Positions 29,850-39,487 of a DNA stretch of 64,000 bases are shown here, piece by piece; positions within the stretch are counted from its first letter, which is position 1; each line of letters starts with the position of its first letter. The stretch is from an uncultured archaeon (GTDB lineage: Archaea; Asgardarchaeota; Thorarchaeia; Thorarchaeales; Thorarchaeaceae), in contig CAYWJO010000011.1 in NCBI GenBank assembly GCA_964458565.1, positions 16,318 through 80,317 on the forward strand, given 5' to 3'. Below the pieces are notes generated by a model, which searched no databases, was not told the origin of the DNA, and worked only from the letters and a program-made list of their open reading frames with translations. Position numbers and translations under genes: made by a program.

Positions 29850-29926
29850 TGGGATTAGTTAGAAAGCTTAGCGTGTTCGGGTCCTGCCCTCCCGGAATTC
29901 GACCTGGACTCGCTCCCACTTTTTTT
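29850..29926 (+). ncRNA. Candidate small structured RNA
   Basis: AGCGTGTTCGGGTC/GACCTGGACTCGCT stem with G-U pairs on the + strand, TGGGA/TCCCA outer stem and a T7 tract. Confidence 0.3.
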
Positions 29927-29980
29927 CGATATACGAATGACTTATCTCCGTTATAGACACGATGCCAACTTGTGTCCCTC

Positions 29981-30898
29981 ATGAAGCGTGTCATTCACAT
30001 CAATCTGGATCGCGTTAACTCGCTCAAGGATTTTGTACAATCCATGGATGATGTTGGTGTACTGGGAGCTGGTCGCTTAGGCAGAGCGTCAAATATTGTA
30101 TCTCGCATGTTCGAGGATAAAGACTGCTTCACTTATCTCGCTATGTCTGGTCCTATGGTTCCTGGTGGTCTACGAGAAATCATCAGAATGCTTGTCGAAA
30201 GGGATTTAATTGATGCTATAGTGACGAGTGGTGCCAATATTGTACATGACCTCGTGGAAGCGTATGGTGGTGCTCACTATAGAGTTCCGCAAGGTAAGAA
30301 TGATTCAGAATTACGAGAAGCTGGTATGGGCCGCATTGCTGATATATTTGTAAGCGAAGCAGATTTTGAAATCTTTGAGAAGAGAATCTATGAGTTTCTG
30401 GACTCTTTGACAAACGAGAAAAGAACTTCACTTGCACCAAGTGAGTTTCTCAGAGAGCTTGGTATGACATTTGAAGATAACAAGTCGATTGTCCACCAAG
30501 CAGCACTACATGATGTACCAATATTCTCCCCCGGTCTCATGGACTCCATGCTCGGTTTTCACCTGTATACATATAGCACCATGAAGGAGCTCTCTCTAGA
30601 TTTTGTGAAAGACCTCAGAATTCTCGGAAGCATTGTTACAGAAACAAAGAAAACTGGCGCAATCATGCTTGGTGGAGGTCTTACAAAGCATTTCACAATG
30701 GGTAGTACAATTCTCCGAGGAGGACTAGATTTAGCGGTTCAAATAACAATGGATCGTCCCGAGGGGGGAAGCCTTGGAGGCGCCCCTTTGGAAGAGGGGG
30801 TCTCATGGCAGAAAGTTCAGACTAAAGCCAACTTCGAGACCGTAATAGGTGATGCCACTATCATATTTCCTTTGATGATTCTAGGGACTCTCCCGTAG
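29981..30898 (+). CDS. dys: Deoxyhypusine synthase
   Basis: SGPMVPGGLR, VTSGANIVHD, GGGLTKH and SLGGAPLEEGVSWQK (catalytic Lys retained). Confidence 0.9.
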   Translation: MKRVIHINLDRVNSLKDFVQSMDDVGVLGAGRLGRASNIVSRMFEDKDCFTYLAMSGPMVPGGLREIIRMLVERDLIDAIVTSGANIVHDLVEAYGGAHYRVPQGKNDSELREAGMGRIADIFVSEADFEIFEKRIYEFLDSLTNEKRTSLAPSEFLRELGMTFEDNKSIVHQAALHDVPIFSPGLMDSMLGFHLYTYSTMKELSLDFVKDLRILGSIVTETKKTGAIMLGGGLTKHFTMGSTILRGGLDLAVQITMDRPEGGSLGGAPLEEGVSWQKVQTKANFETVIGDATIIFPLMILGTLP

Positions 30899-31621
30899 TG
30901 GTCCATCAACATATCCAGCTTCTATTCCAGATTGAAGTCTTCTTCTGAGGAGAGCTCCAATATCCGTCAGAATGATTCCTGCAAGAAATGCAAGACCAAA
31001 TTCTGCAAGTACAATGATCTCAGTATACCAGTTGCCGTAAATTATTCGATATGCCGCCTCAAGAATCAGGAATATGGTTGCTACAACGAGAGAGGCCATT
31101 ATACCGATACGGAAAAGCTGGCTTGCACGAGTTGCTTTTGATGTGATAGGCTTGAATTTCAATTCAGGGTCAGTTGCTTTCGCACGAACAAAACGACCTT
31201 CCAATGTCTGTGCCTTGAAGAATGCTTCAACCTCTTCTATTCCAATCTCGTACATATTCGCGGAAATATACGTAACTCTTGTGTACTTCAGCGCAGCACC
31301 TCCGCTGAAGATAGTTAATACTGCAATCACAATGATGAACAATATTCCCTCTACGAGGATAAAGAGCGCAATAAGAACAACCGCGGCTAGCATAATGATG
31401 ATGCATAAGATATCTATGACGGCAGCAAATGATTCTGACATTCCTTTGGATGTGACCTTCATAGCTTTTTTCGCGTCTTTCACTCCAACCCACGTATGGT
31501 CTGCTTGTAAACTCAAGGGCATTCCAAAATGCTTCTCAATCGAACCTGTTATTTCGTCCTTACCTCTTCCATAGACTGCTAGATTGATCCATGTACTAGC
31601 ATCACTTGTTTCACTACTCAT
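30881..31621 (-). CDS. Membrane protein of unknown function
   Basis: 246 aa, about 4 TM helices. Confidence 0.7.
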   Translation of the reverse strand: MSSETSDASTWINLAVYGRGKDEITGSIEKHFGMPLSLQADHTWVGVKDAKKAMKVTSKGMSESFAAVIDILCIIIMLAAVVLIALFILVEGILFIIVIAVLTIFSGGAALKYTRVTYISANMYEIGIEEVEAFFKAQTLEGRFVRAKATDPELKFKPITSKATRASQLFRIGIMASLVVATIFLILEAAYRIIYGNWYTEIIVLAEFGLAFLAGIILTDIGALLRRRLQSGIEAGYVDGPLRESP

Positions 31622-31706
31622 GGCGCATTCCCTAACCTTTCACGAATCTTGCATAATCCGAAGTAGTGTTTTCTAATCAATACTTCTATTGAAGGTTTGA
31701 ACCTTG

Positions 31707-32147
31707 TCACTCTTCTCCATGAGTTATTGACACATCTTGGTCAAAGAGACTCGTGGTGAAGATCCACCCCAGTCCGAGTGCAATCAATGAGAAACTCAGA
31801 CCCAATAGAATTCCCAACTGACGAAGATCCACACTAAGCATACCAATCAGAAATCCATAAACTGATGGACTGATTGCGAAAAACGATACGAGAATAGCAC
31901 CTCCCAATGGTTGAATCTTCTTGTTATCCCGAAAATATCTGTAGAACAGTGACTGTATTCCAATACTGGTCGGCATCATGGCAATAAGAATCAATGAAAA
32001 CAAAGTAACTTCCGTACCTTGTGGATTAGGATTTTCTGGAAAAATGAATCCGAATAATGTGAAGATACCGATACAAACAGCAACATAAATCCAAACAAAC
32101 CTTGCTCTCCTGAGCTGCTGGTCCTTACTTAATATTCTCTCTCCCAT
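31707..32147 (-). CDS. Small 4-TM membrane protein
   Basis: 146 aa with four hydrophobic helices. Confidence 0.65.
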   Translation of the reverse strand: MGERILSKDQQLRRARFVWIYVAVCIGIFTLFGFIFPENPNPQGTEVTLFSLILIAMMPTSIGIQSLFYRYFRDNKKIQPLGGAILVSFFAISPSVYGFLIGMLSVDLRQLGILLGLSFSLIALGLGWIFTTSLFDQDVSITHGEE

Positions 32148-32222
32148 AATTCACGCCTTATGTCATTATTCTTGTATTGTATTCACTCAAAAATCTTGCC
32201 AACGGAAGAATCAGTAAGCACT

Positions 32223-32257
32223 GGAACGCAATCTTGTTGCTAGTCTCGCATGTGTAG
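32223..32257 (+). repeat. 35-bp imperfect direct repeat, copy 1
   Basis: GGAACGCAATCTTGTTGCTAGTCTCGCATGTGTAG; 31/35 identical to 33693-33727. Confidence 0.75.
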
Positions 32258-32372
32258 ATTTTCATAAAAGAGCATCTTTACTTTATTGAATGGATTTAAA
32301 TAAAATCGTACGAATGGTCGGCAGATTGGAATCAAATACTTCACACACATCCAACGAGTTTTCAAATCCAAA

Positions 32373-32948
32373 TTGATTATGAAATCTGGTAATGAAGGTA
32401 TAGACTTGAAAACACATATCCAATTTATCACAGTTTTCATGACAGTCCTTATTTTTGGTTCTTCTCTTTCTCTCATTTCAGATAGGACTTACCATTGTCA
32501 CAACTTTTTCCATATAGCAGATGATTTAGGACCTCATTACAGTAATTTTGAATTTCCATATTCACAATCATTTGATGAGTACTTTCAGGGTAGTGTGGAA
32601 ATTGATGTTATTGATGAGGATGGGATTGATCAGGTTTGGTGCTCATACAAGAAGAATGGAACCAGCTCTTGGAGAAACGTTTCAATGACCCTTACCAGTA
32701 ATGTGACCTATTTCTGTTACATCAATGGGTATCTGGATTCCTACACTAATGTTTGGCTGTTTCAAATTCATGCAAATGATACTACTGGATTTTCTACCAC
32801 ATCAGATATCTACTCTGGGGAGATATATTATGACGAAGGTGATGGTCCAATTCCGGAGTGGATCTATCTGGCTTCAATTATTGCCGCTGGCTCAATCATC
32901 ATACTTGTGTTAGTTGCCATTGGCTGGTGGTACAGGAAACGTCAATGA
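32373..32948 (+). CDS. Small surface protein (Ig-like domain plus C-terminal TM helix), paralog A
   Basis: Signal helix; 'DEDGIDQVW.SY...W.NVSM...ANDTTG'; TM helix followed by WWYRKRQ. Confidence 0.75.
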   Translation: MIMKSGNEGIDLKTHIQFITVFMTVLIFGSSLSLISDRTYHCHNFFHIADDLGPHYSNFEFPYSQSFDEYFQGSVEIDVIDEDGIDQVWCSYKKNGTSSWRNVSMTLTSNVTYFCYINGYLDSYTNVWLFQIHANDTTGFSTTSDIYSGEIYYDEGDGPIPEWIYLASIIAAGSIIILVLVAIGWWYRKRQ

Positions 32949-33088
32949 GTCTGTTTGAGACCGAGATTATCGCAAAGGAGTTAGAGAGCTGTGAACGGGA
33001 GGTTACATTCATTCAGTTTCTTCAAGGGCACTCTTACTTTGTTTGAATTTATATGAAGAAGAGTTTATTCTATTACTAGTGGCATGCT

Positions 33089-33649
33089 ATGGTGGTAAAG
33101 AAGCAACTCATTCCAATACTACTCATTTCGATGTTCCTCTTTTCACTCCTGACTCCTTCCCACGTATCATATCAGGCATCAATTGTACCCGACATGAAAT
33201 TAGGCGACATGGATGGTCCTTCATTCTCTAATTTTCATTTAGATCCATCAGATGCTGACACATATTATGCAGATTACCAAGGTCTTGTAGAAGTCGATGT
33301 CGATGATATAGATGAAGTCGATATGGTATGGTTACAATATCACTGGGAGGATGACTCATCGTGGTCTAATGGGATAATGGAGAGCCAAGCGCCATTTCAT
33401 AATGAAACATACACTGGCTATATCATTGGTATTCTTCAACCTGGTGACAATCGATTTTTTGTCAAATTTTTTGCGAATGATACTTTTGGGAATCTCGCTG
33501 AGTCCGAAATTCACAACAGGACTGTCTATTATATGAGAGAAGAAGGTCCAACACCATTTCTCTACTATCTCATTCCAGCACTGGCTGTTTCAAGTGTTGT
33601 GCTTGTATTGATTGGACTTGGTTTCTGGTGGTACAAGAAACGTCAATGA
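33089..33649 (+). CDS. Small surface protein (Ig-like domain plus C-terminal TM helix), paralog B
   Basis: Signal helix; 'DIDEVDMVWLQY...W.NGIM...ANDTFG'; TM helix followed by WWYKKRQ. Confidence 0.75.
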   Translation: MVVKKQLIPILLISMFLFSLLTPSHVSYQASIVPDMKLGDMDGPSFSNFHLDPSDADTYYADYQGLVEVDVDDIDEVDMVWLQYHWEDDSSWSNGIMESQAPFHNETYTGYIIGILQPGDNRFFVKFFANDTFGNLAESEIHNRTVYYMREEGPTPFLYYLIPALAVSSVVLVLIGLGFWWYKKRQ

Positions 33650-33692
33650 GTCTGTTTGAAACTGCGATCATCGCGAACTACACAATTAAGCG

Positions 33693-33727
33693 GGAACGCA
33701 ATCATGTTGCTAGTACCACATGTGTAG
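33693..33727 (+). repeat. 35-bp imperfect direct repeat, copy 2
   Basis: GGAACGCAATCATGTTGCTAGTACCACATGTGTAG. Confidence 0.75.
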
Positions 33728-33864
33728 TTCACTCTCAAAATATCGTTCTGTCGAGAGTTTTATTCTCGTACAAAAATGGGTTGCTACTCCGCAATCCTTT
33801 TATTCATTCCAAAAGCGGTCACTCTGAACCGATTAGTGATGACTATAATTTACTCAGGTGATAC

Positions 33865-34410
33865 ATGATGGCAAAACGTCCTGGTCATTGTTACAGAGAA
33901 TGCGACCGCCAACCATTTGTACGCAAGAAGTACATTCATCGTCAACCCCCAAGCCGAATCATGAGTTTTGATATGGGGAATACATCAGGTGACTTTGAGG
34001 TAGAGATGTCATTGATTGGTCTTGAACGTTGCCAGATTCGCCATCAAGCACTAGAAGCTGCACGTGTTGCCTGTAATCGTATGCTAACAAAGATGATTGG
34101 TAGACAGAAGTATCACATGAGGATTCGTGTCAAGCCATACCATTATCTGCGTGAGAACAAGATGATTAGTGGAGCAGGGGCGGACCGTGTGCAAGATGGG
34201 ATGCGTAAATCATTTGGAAAAGTCATCGGTGTAGCTGCTAGGGTTAAACCAAATCAACCGCTAATCACAGTGCGATGCAATCCTGCAGGTATCAAGCAGG
34301 CAAGAATCGGTCTGATGCGAGCCGCACCCAAGTTCCCAACACCATGTAAGATAGTCTTTGACAAGATTGACCCTGATTTAAGGCGAAGACTTGGATATGG
34401 AATTGATTAG
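33865..34410 (+). CDS. rpl10e: 50S ribosomal protein L10e (uL16)
   Basis: KRPGHCYR, ALEAARV and LRENKMISGAGADRVQDGMRKSFGK. Confidence 0.96.
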   Translation: MMAKRPGHCYRECDRQPFVRKKYIHRQPPSRIMSFDMGNTSGDFEVEMSLIGLERCQIRHQALEAARVACNRMLTKMIGRQKYHMRIRVKPYHYLRENKMISGAGADRVQDGMRKSFGKVIGVAARVKPNQPLITVRCNPAGIKQARIGLMRAAPKFPTPCKIVFDKIDPDLRRRLGYGID

Positions 34411-34505
34411 TCACGAAATCTGAATAGTGCCTTTTTGATATTACTTGGTAGTCAAGTTTAGAAGCCATTTTAGTAAAACTCCAATCCATAGATGACCTTC
34501 TGCGG

Positions 34506-35240
34506 TCAATCCGCATCATTCTTTTCAAATATACGGTCACGTATCTTCCGTATAGTACCCGTGAGTGTTGTCACCTCTCGTCCGGTCATGAATGCACGTC
34601 CTAACAAATTACGAAAAACTCGTTTCGCAATTGGTTTTCTGAACTCCTTAATTGATAGATCATCAACAGTTTCATCAAAGAATATAGCAGCCTGATCCTT
34701 TTCTTTACGTGTTGCTGCTCTAGCTTCTGTAGGCAATCGTACACCCTCGGTGGCATACTTTGAATAGAGCTGATACAGAGTAACCCCCACCGCATGACTG
34801 AGATTCATACTAGAATATTCAGATGAAGTTGGAATAGCGAATGCCAAATCACACATGTCAACCTCTGCATTAGTAAGACCAGAGCTCTCCCTCCCGAATA
34901 CTATAGCTAGCTGTCCCTCGATTGAAAGTGGATCTGGCAACTCTCGAAGTGGAACTAGCGCTCTGGTTACACTATGATTTCTACCCGCTCGAGCTGTCGC
35001 TGCCCATGCATTCTGCACATCATTGAGTGCATCTTCAAGTGTTTCATAGATTTCAGCCCCCTCCAGAATATCAATTGCATTCACAGAGAATCTTTGGGCT
35101 TCTTCATGTCTTCTAAGGTCTTTTCCTGCGATTCTTAAATGAGTGACACCAAAGTTAGCCATGACTCTAGCAGTAAAACCAACATTACCTGGAGTTTCAG
35201 GTGCTACAAGGATAATAATGATATTTGGTAGTCCAGTCAA
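34506..35240 (-). CDS. trmJ: TrmJ-family SPOUT tRNA 2'-O-methyltransferase
   Basis: PETPGNVGFTARVMANFG, VFGRESSGLTN and YSSMNLSHAV. Confidence 0.88.
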   Translation of the reverse strand: MTGLPNIIIILVAPETPGNVGFTARVMANFGVTHLRIAGKDLRRHEEAQRFSVNAIDILEGAEIYETLEDALNDVQNAWAATARAGRNHSVTRALVPLRELPDPLSIEGQLAIVFGRESSGLTNAEVDMCDLAFAIPTSSEYSSMNLSHAVGVTLYQLYSKYATEGVRLPTEARAATRKEKDQAAIFFDETVDDLSIKEFRKPIAKRVFRNLLGRAFMTGREVTTLTGTIRKIRDRIFEKNDAD

Positions 35241-35251
35241 AAAGGATACCC

Positions 35252-36436
35252 CTACCTATGCATCAATTGTAAAATATCCCCCTCTTGAAGAGGATAGTTG
35301 AGACCAACCTGTCGCCGTTTTATTTTGTCTGATTCACGGATGATTACCGCCGCACGAAACCTTTCAATGAAGAGTACCTTGTGCACCTTTTCTGCTGCGT
35401 CCTCCACTACTGCGCCTATTGGTAAGACTAATGGTCGCTCTTCATGCTTCTTTCCAGGTAGCTTTGTGTAGATTCTCAATATGTCAAGATGTTGATAAAG
35501 CGCCCACTTCATTGGTTCGATATTCTCATTTCTTTCCACAGAAATTGGGATGATTTCAAATCGCTTACCATAGTTCTCCTCAAGGTATTTGAACTGTACC
35601 TCGGAACCCGGACTATCACCTTTTGTGGCAATTACAAGCGCTCTAACATATGAAACGCTTGCATCCATTGCATCAATGAGCTGTTGATAGGTTGCAGGTT
35701 TCTGGAATCTAACAATGATATTGGTGATTCTTCTGACTTCAAGGTAATCGTATACTTCCTGAATGTTTCCGTCATAGAATTGCTTACCGTATATCATTAG
35801 TCCACCTGAGCCTGTCCTCTCTACTCTGACAGTGGTTGCTTCTCGATTGAGGCGTATTCTGGCTTTATCTATCTCCCCAAGTATAATCTCCATCTGTGAT
35901 TCAACATCCTGGGAGAGATCAATAATTATCGCAATACAATCTGTATTTCGAGCCACTGCCATTGATTGTCTGCCAATTCCTGTATCGTAACTACCTTCAA
36001 AGAGGCCTGGTAATTCTACAAGTTGAATATTGACATCATCCAGATTCATCATTGCTGGTGTTGGAATTGGAGTGGAATGAGGATAATCCGCGACTACTAA
36101 ATCTGCATTACTCACTGCATTGATCAGAGCCGATTTTCCACAATTTGTGACACCCAATAGACAGATTTGTCCTGCTCCTTCTTTTCTGATTGCTCCCTCA
36201 TCTGAACCACCACCACCACTTCGACGACTACGTTCTTGTTCTCGTTTCTTCTCGAATTCTGCCTTGAGTTTCGCCAATTTTTTCCGATAATCCCCTACCA
36301 TTCGTTCGCCGCCTTTATGACGTGGGGCTAATGATAGAAGCTTCTCTAGCTCTTTGATTCGCTGCGCTAAATCCTCTGTATCTTCATAGACTTGACGTTG
36401 CTTATCAAATTCAGGTGTCACATTTGTAGGGGACAA
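35252..36436 (-). CDS. DRG/OBG-family GTPase with a TGS domain
   Basis: APRHKGGE N-terminus; GVTNCGKS, DYPHST, ELPG and TKGD; C-terminal TGS domain (IYTKLPG...LQEGDIL). Confidence 0.85.
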   Translation of the reverse strand: MSPTNVTPEFDKQRQVYEDTEDLAQRIKELEKLLSLAPRHKGGERMVGDYRKKLAKLKAEFEKKREQERSRRSGGGGSDEGAIRKEGAGQICLLGVTNCGKSALINAVSNADLVVADYPHSTPIPTPAMMNLDDVNIQLVELPGLFEGSYDTGIGRQSMAVARNTDCIAIIIDLSQDVESQMEIILGEIDKARIRLNREATTVRVERTGSGGLMIYGKQFYDGNIQEVYDYLEVRRITNIIVRFQKPATYQQLIDAMDASVSYVRALVIATKGDSPGSEVQFKYLEENYGKRFEIIPISVERNENIEPMKWALYQHLDILRIYTKLPGKKHEERPLVLPIGAVVEDAAEKVHKVLFIERFRAAVIIRESDKIKRRQVGLNYPLQEGDILQLMHR

Positions 36437-36512
36437 GAGCTAATCACTCGCTTTGCTACTGCATTCGATAGTTCGATACTCTCAATTATGAAGCTTTCTT
36501 TGAAGATATTTT

Positions 36513-37106
36513 TCATTTCGAATCAAGCTGATAATTGATATCCAGAATGAACCTCTCTGGAGTCGAGGGTTTTTGCACGTTAATAGAAGGTATGTTTTTC
36601 ATACTCTCATCAAGCATACCCTGACGAAGCTCGAAGATGAAGACGCCCTCTGTTTTATCATTCAATTCATTTAAGGAATCTTGAACTCGTGAATCTGCTC
36701 GGTATATCTGATGATTATCCCATGTTTGAATTAACTCAATGATAGATGATTTAGTAATCTGAATGCCATTATCCAGTTTTTTCTGTTCCCCTTCTTCAAG
36801 ACTATCCAGAAGTTCAGATGCCTTCAGAATGAAAAACGATATCGACCTCTCATCAGGAGATACTCTTCTGAGGTCTTTTCCTGGAAATGTTATAGCACGA
36901 CATACTTCCTCTTCAACTATTGCCAATGTTACTTCAGTATCACGACGCATATCATTTGAAAGGAAGAGGCCTACATTTACACACCTGCATCCAGTAATAA
37001 TCTCAGGACTATTCTCTCCTGATTTTACTTGATGTCTATCTATTGGGAGGGAATCAAAAACTACTACAAAGTGTCGATAGCTCACTTGAGCATTCTCCAA
37101 TTCCAA
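36513..37106 (-). CDS. Divergent TrmY-like SPOUT protein
   Basis: RHFVV...CRCVNVGLFLSNDMRRDT...LRRVSPDERSI resembles the TrmY N-half; the C-terminal knot is not recognisable. Confidence 0.6.
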   Translation of the reverse strand: MELENAQVSYRHFVVVFDSLPIDRHQVKSGENSPEIITGCRCVNVGLFLSNDMRRDTEVTLAIVEEEVCRAITFPGKDLRRVSPDERSISFFILKASELLDSLEEGEQKKLDNGIQITKSSIIELIQTWDNHQIYRADSRVQDSLNELNDKTEGVFIFELRQGMLDESMKNIPSINVQKPSTPERFILDINYQLDSK

Positions 37107-37110
37107 TTGA

Positions 37111-38451
37111 TTATCCAGTCAACCCAGGAATTCCTGGGAGTCCACCTCTTCTGCCTCTTCTCTGCTTTCCAAATGTCTTCATCATTTTTTGCATTTGTTG
37201 ATGCTGTTTGAGAAGGTCTCTGACATCCTTTCCTGATGTACCAGAACCAAGCGCAATCCGTTTGATTCGTGAGGATTTCAATATCCTGGGATTATCGAGC
37301 TCTTGTCTTGTCATGGAATTCATTATCACTTCCCAGCGTTTCATATTCTCTTCCTGGATTTCGGCCATATTGTCTGGAAGCTTGTATTGCAGACCGAGCA
37401 TCTCCATGACTTTTCCAATGGGCCCCATTTTCTTGAGTTGTTTTAGTTGTCCCATCATATCCGTTAATGAGAATTGACCCTTCATCAGACGCTTTGCAGC
37501 ATCATCATCGACTTCTATCTGTGCCTCTCGTACTTTATCGATGAGTCCCTTGATATCTGACATTCCCAGTAGACGACCAGCAAATTTCGTGGGATTGAAT
37601 GGTTCAATGGCATCCATTCCCTCGCCTGACCCAATGAATTTGATGGGTGCCTGTGTTGCAGCAACTGCTGATAGTGCTCCACCTCCTTTTGCACTACCAT
37701 CGAGTTTTGTCACTATAATCGATCCGATATCTGTTGCAGTCTTGAAAGCTTTAGCTTGGACGCCAGCTTGTTGTCCAAGTGTTCCGTCAACCACCAAGAT
37801 AATCTCTTGAGGCTTGACCGCCTTCGAGATATCTTTCATTTCTTTTATGAGGCTTGTTTCCTCTCGATGTCTTCCTGAGGTGTCTAGAAGTATTAGTTCG
37901 ATGCCTCGTTTCTTTAACTCTTCAAATCCTTTCTTCGCGAGTTTCACAGCATCCTTTTGATCTTCATCTCCCCAAAAGGGGACGTTCGATTTTTCTGCAA
38001 GTTGTTTCAATTGACTATATGCGCCAGGACGAAAATTATCTGCACATATTACACCTGTTTTGATTCCTCTTTTCTGGTAATATCTCGCAAGTTTTCCGAT
38101 TGTAGTTGTCTTACCTGAACCCTGAATTCCAACCATCATCACGAGGTTCGGTTTTCCCGGATGAATTGTAAGAGGAACCGTCTTCTCTCCTAGAAAGAAT
38201 GCCAGCGTGTCCCAAACTACTCTTACGATATGCTCTCTTCTAGATACCCCCCTTGGAAGGGATTCGTCTAGTGCTTGTTTCTGGACTCGTTCTGTAATCG
38301 CCATGACTAATGAAACATCTACATCTGCCTGCAGGAGTGCCCTCTGGATATCTTTGACCAGCTCCTTTACCAGTTCCGCATCAATGACATTAGCGCCAAA
38401 TAATTTCTTGAGCGCGGAGTTGAGTGATTTACCAAGGCCTTCTAGAACCAC
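37111..38451 (-). CDS. srp54: Signal recognition particle protein SRP54
   Basis: GIQGSGKTTT, DTSGRH, TKLDGSAKGGG and a Met-rich M domain. Confidence 0.97.
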   Translation of the reverse strand: MVLEGLGKSLNSALKKLFGANVIDAELVKELVKDIQRALLQADVDVSLVMAITERVQKQALDESLPRGVSRREHIVRVVWDTLAFFLGEKTVPLTIHPGKPNLVMMVGIQGSGKTTTIGKLARYYQKRGIKTGVICADNFRPGAYSQLKQLAEKSNVPFWGDEDQKDAVKLAKKGFEELKKRGIELILLDTSGRHREETSLIKEMKDISKAVKPQEIILVVDGTLGQQAGVQAKAFKTATDIGSIIVTKLDGSAKGGGALSAVAATQAPIKFIGSGEGMDAIEPFNPTKFAGRLLGMSDIKGLIDKVREAQIEVDDDAAKRLMKGQFSLTDMMGQLKQLKKMGPIGKVMEMLGLQYKLPDNMAEIQEENMKRWEVIMNSMTRQELDNPRILKSSRIKRIALGSGTSGKDVRDLLKQHQQMQKMMKTFGKQRRGRRGGLPGIPGLTG

Positions 38452-38578
38452 TTCTTTTCACCATTCTACTGACATTTCTCTTTTTTGTCCATATCAACCT
38501 TCGCCTCTGATTAATCCATTCTAGATATGAAAATGTCTAAAAAGAAGTGTAATTTTTCCATAGTGCAGTGAGAGTTTA

Positions 38579-39055
38579 ATGCCAAAAGTCGAAGGAATTC
38601 GAATCGTAAAGATATCAGATGGAACTGTGATTGATCACATCGATGCGGGACATGCTCTGGAAGTATTGGAGATTCTAGGAATCACTGGAAAGGGAGGGAG
38701 CATAGTCACATTGGCAATGAACATCAGCAGTTCAAGGATTGGAAAAAAAGATATTGTGAAGATTGAGAATAGAGTCATTGAGGACACTGAGGTTGACAAA
38801 ATTGCATTGGTTGCACCTGAAGCAACAATAAACATCATCAAGAATTCCGAGGTTGTTAAGAAAACACGCGTAGAACTTCCTGAACGAATTTCAAATGTCG
38901 TTAGTTGTCCTAATCCTCGCTGTGTCACTAATAAAGAACGAGAGCCTATTGTCCCAAAATATGAGGTTGTTTCAAAGTCTCCTGTTGTACTGAAGTGCCT
39001 GTATTGTTGGAATCTGATTGAGGAAGCAGATATAATTAGCCAATTTACTGCCTAA
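38579..39055 (+). CDS. pyrI: Aspartate carbamoyltransferase regulatory chain
   Basis: GTVIDHIDAG, KKDIVKIE, CPNPRCVTN and CLYC. Confidence 0.95.
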   Translation: MPKVEGIRIVKISDGTVIDHIDAGHALEVLEILGITGKGGSIVTLAMNISSSRIGKKDIVKIENRVIEDTEVDKIALVAPEATINIIKNSEVVKKTRVELPERISNVVSCPNPRCVTNKEREPIVPKYEVVSKSPVVLKCLYCWNLIEEADIISQFTA

Positions 39056-39137
39056 TAGGCCTCTAAAATCCATTTGGAAACAGTTTTTAGAGGCATGCAA
39101 CTTCGCCAACAGAACCCTGACTACGACGTGACGCTTT

Positions 39138-39461
39138 ATGGTCAATGAAAAGATAGCAGTGATTGGTGATAGAGACACTGTCACTGGACTTCGTATGGTA
39201 GGTGTTCACGATTGTTCTGTCCCTGAAACGCCTGAAGAAACACGTGAACAGCTTCTAAAGTACTTTAGAGACCCTACGACAGGTCTGATTCTAATAACAG
39301 AACCATTGGCAAAGGATGTCGAAGATACTATAATTGATCTCTCTGAATCGCCAGTACCAGTGATTATGCTAATACCTGATCGAGATGGGTCCACTGGTGC
39401 ATATGAAGTAGTCCTGAAAGAGCTCATTAGACGAGCTGTTGGCATCGAGATTAGCATCTAA
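39138..39461 (+). CDS. atpF: A/V-type ATP synthase subunit F
   Basis: KIAVIGDRDTVTGLRMVGV and LIRRAVG. Confidence 0.93.
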   Translation: MVNEKIAVIGDRDTVTGLRMVGVHDCSVPETPEETREQLLKYFRDPTTGLILITEPLAKDVEDTIIDLSESPVPVIMLIPDRDGSTGAYEVVLKELIRRAVGIEISI

Positions 39462-39487
39462 TTCCCATGAGAACGGAGTGAACGATA

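Noticed and set aside
29851-29918. tRNA (GGGA...TTCGAC...TCCCA)
   Set aside because: The acceptor stem pairs poorly and there are no proper D or anticodon arms; a long hairpin fits better.
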